A stretch of DNA of 32,000 nucleotides, taken from contig NZ_CP042911.1 of the NCBI RefSeq assembly GCF_008065095.1, positions 5,220,001 through 5,252,000 of the forward strand, in the 5' to 3' direction. The notes under the pieces were generated by a model. The model did not search any database and was not told the origin of the DNA. It saw only the letters and a program-made list of their open reading frames with translations. The DNA comes from Gemmata obscuriglobus. Lineage in GTDB: Bacteria; Planctomycetota; Planctomycetia; Gemmatales; Gemmataceae. Below are positions 13,917 through 22,445 of the stretch, in pieces. The position numbers and the translations under genes are program-made. Within the stretch, counting starts at the first letter, position 1, and every line of letters begins with the position of its first letter.

Positions 13917-14249
13917 TCAAGAGTTATTCGACTTCCGCGCGGGTTCCGATTCCGGTTTGCTGAAATCGAAGTCTGGATTCGGTTCGACTTCCCCGACCCG
14001 CTTTACCGGGTCTGGTTGGAACGGCTGTCGGACCGGCGTGCTCAGTTCGTCGTGCGCCAGGCGGCCGGCGTACCACTTCGCCAAGTTAACACCCGCAAGA
14101 ACCAACGCCAAAATCGCGCCGAGCGCGAGCCGAAGCGGGTCGAACACCTGCGCCACGCGGTCGGGTGCCACGAACCGAACGGTCAGGAGCGTCGCGCCTG
14201 CCATCAGGAAGAATAGCCCGATCGCGAGCCGCATGTGCCGTACCGCCAT
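13917..14249 (-). CDS. Small membrane protein (110 aa)
   Basis: Two hydrophobic spans (LAIGLFFLMAGATLLTV, LALGAILALVLAGVNLA). The start could be the internal Met at residue 6. Confidence 0.5.
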   Translation of the reverse strand: MAVRHMRLAIGLFFLMAGATLLTVRFVAPDRVAQVFDPLRLALGAILALVLAGVNLAKWYAGRLAHDELSTPVRQPFQPDPVKRVGEVEPNPDFDFSKPESEPARKSNNS

Positions 14250-14770
14250 CGCCGCGCCCTCCGGGTGTCCTCATTTTAGACGCGAACCACTCCGCCCCAA
14301 CAGGCGGGGGAGAGTCAAACCACCAAATGCGCCACCACGGACAACGGAACAAGCCTCTGTCGGCTTACTGTGGCTTCGGGCTTTGCGGGTTATGCCACCG
14401 CTCGAAACACGGGCACGTCCCCGTTCGCGCTGTAACGGGGGTTACAGGGCGGCGGCAGCAACCGCTGGGGCACCGACGGGACAATCGCTACCGGATGAGT
14501 GGCGATTCGCTGGCAACTCGCTGGGTCATTGCTACCCGCGAATCGCGCGCTTTTGTTTCCGGATGTGGCCACGAGAGCAACCGCCCGCGCCCTCGAAACC
14601 GTCCCAACGGAGATCTGCAACATATTGCCAGCAAGTTATTTACGACGCCGCCATCGCTAACCCGTTGTGGCGCCAGCCGCACGCAAATCCGACGCCAACC
14701 GTCCGGCCCGGTGCGAGCGAAGGGGGTTGGAACTTCCGGTAGCTCCACACAGGGGAAATGGGTGCTCGAA

Positions 14771-15946
14771 ATGCCCGATGTGCCGACCGTAGAGGGGTGT
14801 CGTCGCGCGCTGCGGCGCTTCGCGTTGACACACTTGCGCCGCGACTGTTACAGTCCGTCCGCTTGTGAGCACACAGGAGTTTTCGGGATTAACCCTCAGT
14901 CGTGGTACGCCCTGGTGAGCGGGGAGCGGCGCGGGCCGTTGGCGGCGGCGCTGCGCCTCGGTTTGCGCCTGGCGAGCTGTCCCTACGCCCTCGGGGTGCG
15001 GGCGCGGAACGCGTTGTTCACCCGTGGGTGGAGGACGGTTCACCGGGCCGCCGTGCCCGTGGTGAGCGTCGGCAACCTGACGCTCGGCGGGACCGGAAAG
15101 ACGCCGTGCGTCGAGTGGGTCGCGCGGTTCTTCAGGGAGCGCGGCGTACAGGTCACGATTCTCAGTCGCGGCTACGGGAGCAGCACGGGCCGGAACGACG
15201 AAGCCCTCGTGCTGGAAGAGAACCTGCCGGACGTGCCGCACCTGCAAGGCGCCGACCGGGTGGCGCTCGCGGCCACCGCCGTCGAGGAACTTGAGGCCGA
15301 ACTGCTCGTGCTGGACGACGGGTTTCAGCACCGCCGGCTGCACCGCGACCTCGACCTCGTACTGATCGACGCGACCCGGCCGCCGGAGTGCGATTTCGTG
15401 TTCCCGCGCGGCACCCTCCGCGAACCCGCAAGCGGGGTCCGGCGCGCCGGGGCCGTGCTGCTGACGCGGTGCGATCAGGTGCCCGCCGCGGAACTCGACC
15501 GACTGCGCGACTGGCTCGGGCGCCGGGTGCCGAACGTGCCGGTCGCGAGTACCGAACACCGGCCGATCGATCTGGTCGGCGGTGACGGAGACACCGAACC
15601 GCTGGAGCTGCTCCGCGGGCAGACGGTGGGCGCGTTCTGCGGAATCGGGAACCCCGGCGCGTTCCGGCACACGCTCGAATCGCTCGGAGCGACGGTCGCG
15701 GAGTTCCGCACGTTCCCGGACCACCACGCCTACACGGCCGAAGACGTGCGCGCCCTGACTCATTGGGCCACCACACTCCCCGATGGCGCGATCATCGCCA
15801 CGACCCAGAAAGACTGGGTGAAGCTGCGCGTGCCGGAGCTGGGCGGGCAGCGGCTGCGGGCGGTGCGGATCGGGTTACACTTCCGCGACGGCGAGGGCGC
15901 CGTTTCGGACGTGCTGGAACGGGTACTGACGAGCGACACGGCCTGA
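14771..15946 (+). CDS. lpxK: Tetraacyldisaccharide 4'-kinase
   Basis: P-loop VSVGNLTLGGTGKTP, ...ILSRGYG..., ...LDDGFQH..., ...FPDHH.... Start is uncertain: ATG 14771 or GTG 14915. The track ORF from 14165 is an open-frame artefact. Confidence 0.85.
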   Translation: MPDVPTVEGCRRALRRFALTHLRRDCYSPSACEHTGVFGINPQSWYALVSGERRGPLAAALRLGLRLASCPYALGVRARNALFTRGWRTVHRAAVPVVSVGNLTLGGTGKTPCVEWVARFFRERGVQVTILSRGYGSSTGRNDEALVLEENLPDVPHLQGADRVALAATAVEELEAELLVLDDGFQHRRLHRDLDLVLIDATRPPECDFVFPRGTLREPASGVRRAGAVLLTRCDQVPAAELDRLRDWLGRRVPNVPVASTEHRPIDLVGGDGDTEPLELLRGQTVGAFCGIGNPGAFRHTLESLGATVAEFRTFPDHHAYTAEDVRALTHWATTLPDGAIIATTQKDWVKLRVPELGGQRLRAVRIGLHFRDGEGAVSDVLERVLTSDTA

Positions 15947-15986
15947 CCCGTGGCCGATACGCGATTCGGCTGGTTATGTCTGTTTC

Positions 15987-16054
15987 TTGTGGCACAGACA
16001 TTCCTGTCTGTGCGGCGCGAGAAGGCCGCACAGACAGGAATGTCTGTGCCACAA
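15987..16054. repeat. 68-bp perfect palindrome (30-bp arms, 8-nt loop) in the lpxK-hldE spacer
   Basis: TTGTGGCACAGACATTCCTGTCTGTGCGGC (15987-16016), gcgagaag, then GCCGCACAGACAGGAATGTCTGTGCCACAA (16025-16054). Each arm itself contains the sub-palindrome ACAGACA-TTCC-TGTCTGT. Confidence 0.9.
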
Positions 16055-16155
16055 AGACAACGGCCAAAACAGGTACCAGTAACCGAAGTGCGAATGAGGC
16101 GGCACAACACACAACGTCCGGCGCACGCGCCAACGGATGGCAACGGACCGTCACC

Positions 16156-17646
16156 ATGACCGACCTGACCGAGCTTGTTCAGAACCTGGGCGCCCCGCGC
16201 GTGCTGGTGGTCGGCGACGTGATGCTCGACCGCTACGTGTGGGGCAACGCCGAGCGCATCAGCCAGGAGGCGCCGGTCGTCCTGTTGCGCGCCGACAAGC
16301 GGGAGGAGCGGCTCGGCGGCGCCAGCAGCGTCGCCACCATGCTCCACGCACTCGGCGCCCGCACCAGCGTGCTCGGGGTCGTGGGCAACGACGGCGACGG
16401 GTTCCACGCCCGCCGCATCCTCACCGGCCTCGGCATCGACGCGGACGCCGTGGTCACCGACCCGGACCGCCCGACGACGGTCAAGGAGCGGTACATCGGC
16501 CGGGCGCAGGCGAAGCACCCGCAGCAGATGATCCGGGTGGACTACGAGAGCCGCGAGCCGGCCTCGGACCGGGTGGAACGACAGCTCGCCGACGCGCTCG
16601 TCGCTAAGGTGCGCGAGGCGGACGTGGTTCTCATCAGCGATTACGACAAGGGCGTCTGCACGCCCGGGCTGCTCCGGACCGTGATCGAAATGGCGAAGGC
16701 GCGCGGGGTCCGGGTCGTCGCCGACCCGACCCGCGGGGGCGACTACCGCAAGTACCGCGGGTGCTCGAGCATGACCCCCAACCGGCTCGAAGCGAGCCTC
16801 GCGGTGGGGTTCGCGATCAACACCAGGGACGACGCGGTCCGCGCCGCCGCTCACCTCCGCGACACGCTGGAACTCGAAGCGGGCATCGTCACGCTCGACA
16901 AGGACGGAATGGCGCTCGCGCACGCCGACGGGCGCGGGGCCGTGTTCCCGACCCGCCCGCGCCAGGTGTACGACATCACCGGCGCCGGCGACATGGTGAT
17001 GGCGACGCTCGGCCTGGCGCTCGCCGCCGGGGCCGATTACGGCGACGCGATCCGGCTGGCGAACGTCGCCGGCGGGCTCGAAGTTGAGAAGATCGGCGTC
17101 GCGACCGTCACCCGCGAAGAGATCCTGGCCGACCTGTTGCACTCCCCGTTCCGGACGGCGGAGCGCGTGCCCGGCGGGGCGAAGGTGACCGCCCTGTCCC
17201 ACCTGCTCGCGGAACTCGACGGGCGACGCCGCAACGGCCAAACGGTCGCGTTCACCAACGGGTGCTTCGACGTGCTGCACGCCGGCCACGTCCAGTACCT
17301 CGCCGAAGCCCGGCGCCAGGCCGACTGCCTCGTGGTCGCCGTCAACAGCGACGCCAGCGTGCGGCAACTGAAAGGCCCGACGCGCCCGCTCAACCCGGTC
17401 GAGGCCCGGGCGCTCGTGCTCGCCGGGCTCCAGGACGTGGACTACGTCACCATCTTCAACGAGCAGACCCCCGCGAGCGTCATTGAGGCCGTGCGGCCCG
17501 ACGTACTCGTGAAGGGCGCGGACTACCAGAAGGCCGACGTGGTCGGCGCGGCGTTCGTGGAGAGCTACGGCGGCCGGGTCCACCTCGCCGACCTCCGCGC
17601 CGGGTTCTCGACCACGAACCTGATCGAACGGATGAAGGCCGCCTGA
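16156..17646 (+). CDS. hldE: Bifunctional D-beta-D-heptose 7-phosphate kinase / D-beta-D-heptose 1-phosphate adenylyltransferase
   Basis: N-terminal PfkB-type kinase domain (...DITGAGD...). C-terminal cytidylyltransferase domain with NGCFDVLHAGHVQYL. 496 aa starting MTDLTELV. Confidence 0.9.
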   Translation: MTDLTELVQNLGAPRVLVVGDVMLDRYVWGNAERISQEAPVVLLRADKREERLGGASSVATMLHALGARTSVLGVVGNDGDGFHARRILTGLGIDADAVVTDPDRPTTVKERYIGRAQAKHPQQMIRVDYESREPASDRVERQLADALVAKVREADVVLISDYDKGVCTPGLLRTVIEMAKARGVRVVADPTRGGDYRKYRGCSSMTPNRLEASLAVGFAINTRDDAVRAAAHLRDTLELEAGIVTLDKDGMALAHADGRGAVFPTRPRQVYDITGAGDMVMATLGLALAAGADYGDAIRLANVAGGLEVEKIGVATVTREEILADLLHSPFRTAERVPGGAKVTALSHLLAELDGRRRNGQTVAFTNGCFDVLHAGHVQYLAEARRQADCLVVAVNSDASVRQLKGPTRPLNPVEARALVLAGLQDVDYVTIFNEQTPASVIEAVRPDVLVKGADYQKADVVGAAFVESYGGRVHLADLRAGFSTTNLIERMKAA

Positions 17647-18719
17647 TGAACCGCATAGCGCTGTTCCTGCCGAACTGGATCGGGGACGTGGTGATGGCCA
17701 CGCCCGCGGTCCGGGCCGTTCGCACCGCCTTCCCGGCGGCCGAACTGGTCGCGGTGTGCAAGCCCTACGTCGCCGACGTGCTGGCCGGCGCGCCGTGGTT
17801 CGCGCACACCGTCTTGGCCGACAAGCGCGGGCCGAAGGCGCAACGGCTGTTCGCCGCGGCGCGCCGGCTGCGCGAACTCGGCACCGACGCGGCGGTGCTG
17901 TTCCCGAACTCGTTCCGCACGGCCCTCCTGGCGCGGCTCGGCGGCGCCAAACGAATCGTCGGGTTCGCGCGCTACGCCCGCGGCTTCCTGCTCACCGACA
18001 AGTTGCACGCCAAAACCGACGCCCGCGGCCGGTTCGTGCCGTCCCCGGCACTCGACGACTACAACCGGCTCGCGGTCGCGCTCGGTGCGGCCGATCCCGG
18101 GCACCGGATGGAGCTGTTCACCACGCCCGCCGACGACTCCAGCGCCGCGGAGGTCTGGGAGCGGTTCGGGCTCGGGCGGTACCCGCGAGTGGTGGCACTC
18201 AACCCGGGCGCGGCGTTCGGCGCCGCGAAGCACTGGGGCTGCGACCACTTCGCGGAACTCGCACGGTCCCTGACCGCGCGCCTCGGCTGCGGGGTGCTCG
18301 TGCTGTGCGGCCCGGGCGAGCGCGAGATGGCCCGGCAAATCGCCGAGCAGAGCCGGTCCCCGCACGTCCACTCGCTCGCCGACGCGAAGCTGTCGCTCGG
18401 GCTGACGAAAGCCGTGGTCAAGCGCGCCGACCTGCTCGTCACCACCGACAGCGGCCCGCGGCACTTCGCGGCAGCCTTCAACCGGCCGGTGGTGGCGCTG
18501 TTCGGCCCGACACACATCGAGTGGACCGAGACGCACTTCGCGAAGGAGATTTGCCTTCAGAAGAAGCTCGCGTGCGGCCCGTGCCAGCAGCGGGTGTGTC
18601 CGCTCGGGCACCACCGCTGCATGCGCGAACTCGCCCCCGCCGCCGTGTTCGAGGCCGCCGAGCGGCTTTTAACGCGGCTCACGCTCCCCGTGTGGGAAGG
18701 GGTGCCCCGTGCAGCTTGA
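17646..18719 (+). CDS. ADP-heptose:LPS heptosyltransferase (GT9, RfaF/WaaF-like)
   Basis: MNRIALFLPNWIGDVVMATPA..., ...ALNPGAAFGAAKHW..., ...TTDSGPRHFAAAF.... The ATG overlaps the hldE stop (TGATG). Confidence 0.85.
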   Translation: MNRIALFLPNWIGDVVMATPAVRAVRTAFPAAELVAVCKPYVADVLAGAPWFAHTVLADKRGPKAQRLFAAARRLRELGTDAAVLFPNSFRTALLARLGGAKRIVGFARYARGFLLTDKLHAKTDARGRFVPSPALDDYNRLAVALGAADPGHRMELFTTPADDSSAAEVWERFGLGRYPRVVALNPGAAFGAAKHWGCDHFAELARSLTARLGCGVLVLCGPGEREMARQIAEQSRSPHVHSLADAKLSLGLTKAVVKRADLLVTTDSGPRHFAAAFNRPVVALFGPTHIEWTETHFAKEICLQKKLACGPCQQRVCPLGHHRCMRELAPAAVFEAAERLLTRLTLPVWEGVPRAA

Positions 18720-20193
18720 AGCCGCCGCCACCGTGCGCGAGCCGCAGGTCCTGTTCGCGCCGCCCGCCGACCGAGGCGGCACGCTCACGGTCCACACGGC
18801 GTTCGCCGAGTTGTTCGCGCGTGTCGGGTTGCAGCACCCCGCCTCGTTTCTGGACCTACCCGGTGAGGTGGTGAGCGGCCACGCCGACCGGCACGTCGTG
18901 CGGGTGACGGTGCCCGGGGCGCCGCGGGCGTTCTACCTCAAGCGTCAGCACGTCGTCGGGTGGCGCGAGAAGCTTCGCAACTGGCGGGCGGGGTTCGGGT
19001 GGGCGTCGCGGTGCGAGCGCGAAGCCGCCCTGCTGGAGGAGCTGACCGCCGCCGGTCTTCCGGCCCCGCCGTGGGCGGCATTCGGCACCCACGGGCGACA
19101 AGCCTTCCTGCTGGTCGAGGAGGTGGCAGATGCTGTCGACCTGCGCCGGCTGCTCGGCACGAACACGCTGTCGCCGGCTCAGCGGTCCGCACTCGCAAGG
19201 CGGATCGGCGGCGCGGTCGCGGCGGTCCACGCAGCCGGGTTCGAGACGCCCGATCTCACCGCAAAGCACGTGCTCGTGAACCCGCGCACCTTTGACCTGA
19301 CGTTCCTGGACTGGCCGTCCGCGGGCCGTGGCGTGACGGACGCGGCCCGTGCGGACGCGCTCGGGGCGCTGCACGCATCGGTCTCCCCAGAGCTGGCGAG
19401 CCCCGCCGACCGGCTCCGCTTCCTCGCCGCGTACCGCGCCCAGGGCCGCGCCCCGGACAACCTACTGGCACGCGCGCTCGGCGCCGCAGCGCGCCACGCG
19501 ACCCGGCGGTCGGTTCGTGACCAGCTTCAGCCCGGCGCGCGGCCCCAGCGGCTGGTGTGGCTCGCCGGCGAGGCCGTGTGCGCGGTGCCGGAGATCGCGG
19601 CGGTGTGGCCGACGCCCGCGATCAGGTCACCGTTTTACGGCTCGGGACCGACCGGCGCGCTGAAGGTACGGATGGCGGGCCGGGACGCGGTCCTCGCACG
19701 CGGTCGCGAGTCCGCGCCGCTCGGCCGGCTACGGGCCTGGGTCCGCGCCACCCCGTGGCGGTCGGAAGGGGTCACGATCGGGCGGGTGCTGTTCCACCTG
19801 GAGCGGTACGGGGTACCCGCCCCGCGTCTGATGGCGTTCGGCCAGCGGCTCACCGGGACCACGTCCGCGGAGTGGTTCGCGCTGTACGACGCGCCGCCCG
19901 GAGTGCCCTTGCGAAAATGGCGGCGGACGGCATCATCTTCCGCCCGCCGCGCGGCTCTTGCGAGCGTACTCGCGTGCCTGGACGCGCTCCACGCCGCGGG
20001 GTGCGTCCTGACCGACCCGAAGAACGCGTTCGCGTTCGACAACGGGCGGGTGAGCGTCGCGGACCCGCGCGCCGTGCGAGTCGCGCGACGGGTGGGTGCG
20101 GCAACCAGGCGGCGCGACGCCCGCGCCGCGGCCCGGCTTCTGGGAAGCCCACAGTTCCAAAATCCATGTTCCAAGTTCCAAGTGGACCGTTAG
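18709..20193 (+). CDS. Lipopolysaccharide kinase (Kdo/WaaP) family protein, apparently two tandem kinase-like halves (494 aa)
   Basis: First half has ...FYLKRQ..., ...EREAALLEEL..., ...TPDLTAKHVLVN.... Second half has ...EGVTIGRVLFHLERYGVPAPRL..., ...LHAAGCVLTDPKNAFAF.... The GTG start overlaps the preceding gene by 11 nt. Confidence 0.7.
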   Translation: MQLEAAATVREPQVLFAPPADRGGTLTVHTAFAELFARVGLQHPASFLDLPGEVVSGHADRHVVRVTVPGAPRAFYLKRQHVVGWREKLRNWRAGFGWASRCEREAALLEELTAAGLPAPPWAAFGTHGRQAFLLVEEVADAVDLRRLLGTNTLSPAQRSALARRIGGAVAAVHAAGFETPDLTAKHVLVNPRTFDLTFLDWPSAGRGVTDAARADALGALHASVSPELASPADRLRFLAAYRAQGRAPDNLLARALGAAARHATRRSVRDQLQPGARPQRLVWLAGEAVCAVPEIAAVWPTPAIRSPFYGSGPTGALKVRMAGRDAVLARGRESAPLGRLRAWVRATPWRSEGVTIGRVLFHLERYGVPAPRLMAFGQRLTGTTSAEWFALYDAPPGVPLRKWRRTASSSARRAALASVLACLDALHAAGCVLTDPKNAFAFDNGRVSVADPRAVRVARRVGAATRRRDARAAARLLGSPQFQNPCSKFQVDR

Positions 20194-20268
20194 TGAACGA
20201 ATCGTCATCGAACTCCGCGCGTGCGGGAATTCGACTTGAAACCTGGAACTTGGATCTTGGAACTTGAC
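20153..20268. repeat. AT-richer element bounded by 31-bp imperfect inverted repeats (TTCCAAG-rich)
   Basis: AGTTCCAAAATCCATGTTCCAAGTTCCAAGT (20153-20183) matches the reverse complement of ACTTGAAACCTGGAACTTGGATCTTGGAACT (20234-20264) at 27/31. It spans the stop codon of 18709-20193 and the spacer before the next kinase gene. Confidence 0.7.
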
Positions 20269-20283
20269 ACGACTGGGAGCGGA

Positions 20284-21231
20284 ATGAGCGCGAACCCGAA
20301 CCCGTCCCTCTTCCGGCCCGAGGTGGGCGACCCGGTCTCGAGCTTCTGGCGCCGGGTGCGCCAGGGGGTGCGCCTGCTGCGCCGCCAAGCGGACTGGGAG
20401 CGCTTCGCCGGCGAGTCGTGGACGGAGAGCATCATGACGGTGCCGCTCACGGACCGCGAGCACTCTAAGCAGGGGCGATCCATCGGGCGCAAGGTGTTCG
20501 CTGACGGCCGCGACAAGCTGAGCGTGTACCTGAAGCGGCACTACCGCCTGCCGCGGCTGCACGGGCTGCTGGCGACGCTGTTCCCGGGCCGCGCGTGGTC
20601 GCCGGGGCTGCAAGAGTGGGCGCACCTGTGCTGGGCGAAGGAGCACGGGTTTCCCGTGCCGCGCCCGGTCGCGGCCGGACAGTTCGTCGGGCCGTGGGGC
20701 CGGCTCCAGGGGTTCCTGGCGGTCGAAGAGTTGCACGGGATGCTGCCGCTCCACGAGGCCGTTCCTCGCGCGGCCCGAACACTCGATCCCCGGACGTTCG
20801 CGCGCTGGAAGCGGGGCCTGGTGGCCGAACTCGCCCGCCTGTCGCGCGAACTGCACCGCCGGCACGTGTTCCACAAAGACCTGTACTTCTGCCACTTCTA
20901 CATCCCCGAAGCGCTGGCCCGCACGCCCCCGTCCGGTTGGACGAACCGCGTCGTGATGATCGACCTGCACCGGCTCGCGCGGCACCCGCTCACCGGCCCG
21001 TGGTGGCAGATCAAGGACCTGGCGCAACTGCTGTTCTCGTCGGAAGTCGAAGGGGTGACCGCGCGCGACCGCGTGCGGTTCTGGAAACTGTACCGGCGGC
21101 ACTGGCCCGCCGGGCGTGCCCCGGGCGAATGGATTCGCCCGCTCGTGAAGTGGAAGTGGCAGCGGTACCGCCGCCACAACCAGCGGAAGCCGTCCGCCGT
21201 GCCTTACGACCAGCAACGGAGTGCCGCGTAG
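20284..21231 (+). CDS. Lipopolysaccharide kinase (Kdo/WaaP) family protein
   Basis: ...VYLKRHY..., ...EWAHLCWAKEHGFPVPRPVA..., ...LHRRHVFHKDLYFCHFYI..., ...VMIDLHR.... Start taken at ATG 20284 (MSANPNP) after GGGAGCGGA. The upstream ATG 20221 lies inside the inverted-repeat element. Confidence 0.8.
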   Translation: MSANPNPSLFRPEVGDPVSSFWRRVRQGVRLLRRQADWERFAGESWTESIMTVPLTDREHSKQGRSIGRKVFADGRDKLSVYLKRHYRLPRLHGLLATLFPGRAWSPGLQEWAHLCWAKEHGFPVPRPVAAGQFVGPWGRLQGFLAVEELHGMLPLHEAVPRAARTLDPRTFARWKRGLVAELARLSRELHRRHVFHKDLYFCHFYIPEALARTPPSGWTNRVVMIDLHRLARHPLTGPWWQIKDLAQLLFSSEVEGVTARDRVRFWKLYRRHWPAGRAPGEWIRPLVKWKWQRYRRHNQRKPSAVPYDQQRSAA

Positions 21232-22401
21232 ATGGACATCGCACTGTGCTACGAGAGCGTGCTGCCGGCGCGCGGCGGCGCGGAGACGTACATCGGCGAC
21301 CTCGCGCGCCGGCTCGCCCGCGACGGGCACGCGGTCCACCTTTATGCCGCCCGGTGGGACGCCGGCGCGCTGCCCGCCTCCACGCACTTCCACCGGATCG
21401 ACGTGCCGAGCGGCCCACGGTTCCTGCGCCCGTGGCGGTTCGCCGAGGCGTGCGAAGCCGAGCTGCGACGCCACCGGCACGACGTGAGCATGGGGTTCGA
21501 CAAGACCTGGGGTCAGGACGTTCTGTACCCGCAAGGCGGGCTGCACGCCGCCAGCGCCGCGCACAACCTGCTGAAGTACCCCGATGCGCTCTCCCGTGGG
21601 CTTGCGGCGGTCGGGAAGTGGCTCGACCCCGCGGCGTGGTCGTTCGCGCGGCTGGAGCGGAAGCAGTACCTCGGGCCGAACCGCCCGCTGATCGTCGTCA
21701 ACAGTTTCATGGTGCAGAAGCACTTCGAGCAGTTCTACGGCATACCCCCGGACGCAGTGCGGGTGGTCCGCAGCGCGATCGACCCCCTTCGGTTTGCAGC
21801 CGAGGACCGGCTCAAGCGCCGGCACGAGGAGCGCAGCCGGTGGATGGCGTTCCCGGAAGACACGATCGGCCTGTTCGTGGCGATGAACTACCGGCTAAAG
21901 GGGCTGGCGCCCCTGCTGAACGCACTGGCGCGGGTGCCCCGCGATCGCCCGTTCAAGCTCGCCGTGGTGGGTCACCCCAAGGTCGACCGGTACCGGCGCC
22001 AGGCGGAGAAGTTGGGAGTCGCCGACCGGGTCGTGTTCCTCGGGCACCGCGACGACCCGCGCGACTGCTACTTCGCGGCCGACTTTCTTGTTCACCCGAC
22101 GTTCTACGACCCGTGCTCGCTGGTCGCGCTCGAGGCACTGGCGTGCGGGCTGCCGGTGGTCACGTCGCGGTACAACGGGGCGAGCGAGTTACTCACCCCG
22201 CCGAACGACGGCGCCGTAATCGACGACCCGCACGACGCCGCGGCGCTGGCCGGAGCGATGTACCGGTTCACGGACCCGAAGTACCGCGCGGAGTCATCGA
22301 CCGCCGCACGGCAGACCGGCACGAAATGGACCTTCGAGCACCACTATCAAGCACTGCTCAACGTGTTCGGCGAGGTGCGCCAAACCAAGAAGGCCGCTTG
22401 A
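21232..22401 (+). CDS. Glycosyltransferase family 4 (RfaG-like)
   Basis: N-terminal ...ARGGAETYIGDLARRLARDGHAVHLY.... C-terminal ...HPTFYDPCSLVALEALACGLPVVTS... is the EX7E-type region. ATG directly follows the preceding stop. Confidence 0.85.
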   Translation: MDIALCYESVLPARGGAETYIGDLARRLARDGHAVHLYAARWDAGALPASTHFHRIDVPSGPRFLRPWRFAEACEAELRRHRHDVSMGFDKTWGQDVLYPQGGLHAASAAHNLLKYPDALSRGLAAVGKWLDPAAWSFARLERKQYLGPNRPLIVVNSFMVQKHFEQFYGIPPDAVRVVRSAIDPLRFAAEDRLKRRHEERSRWMAFPEDTIGLFVAMNYRLKGLAPLLNALARVPRDRPFKLAVVGHPKVDRYRRQAEKLGVADRVVFLGHRDDPRDCYFAADFLVHPTFYDPCSLVALEALACGLPVVTSRYNGASELLTPPNDGAVIDDPHDAAALAGAMYRFTDPKYRAESSTAARQTGTKWTFEHHYQALLNVFGEVRQTKKAA

Positions 22402-22445
22402 CGCCACTCCCACCGCTTGGCGCGCGGGCCTGCGGCGAGATCGGT

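Noticed and set aside
14165-14770. N-terminal 200-aa extension of lpxK in the track ORF, and a possible ncRNA or riboswitch in the 520-bp spacer (hairpin GCGATTCGC...GCGAATCGC around 14500-14545).
   Set aside because: The extension overlaps the divergent small membrane gene and has no LpxK homology; LpxK homology starts near ...SWYALVSGERRG. I could not match the spacer to any RNA family I know (RNase P, tmRNA, SRP, cobalamin, TPP and similar signatures are absent).
15760-17583. 607-aa minus-strand ORF.
   Set aside because: It is antisense to hldE, which has clear kinase and cytidylyltransferase motifs. The translation is Arg/Gly/Pro/Val-rich with no motifs, a typical high-GC shadow ORF.
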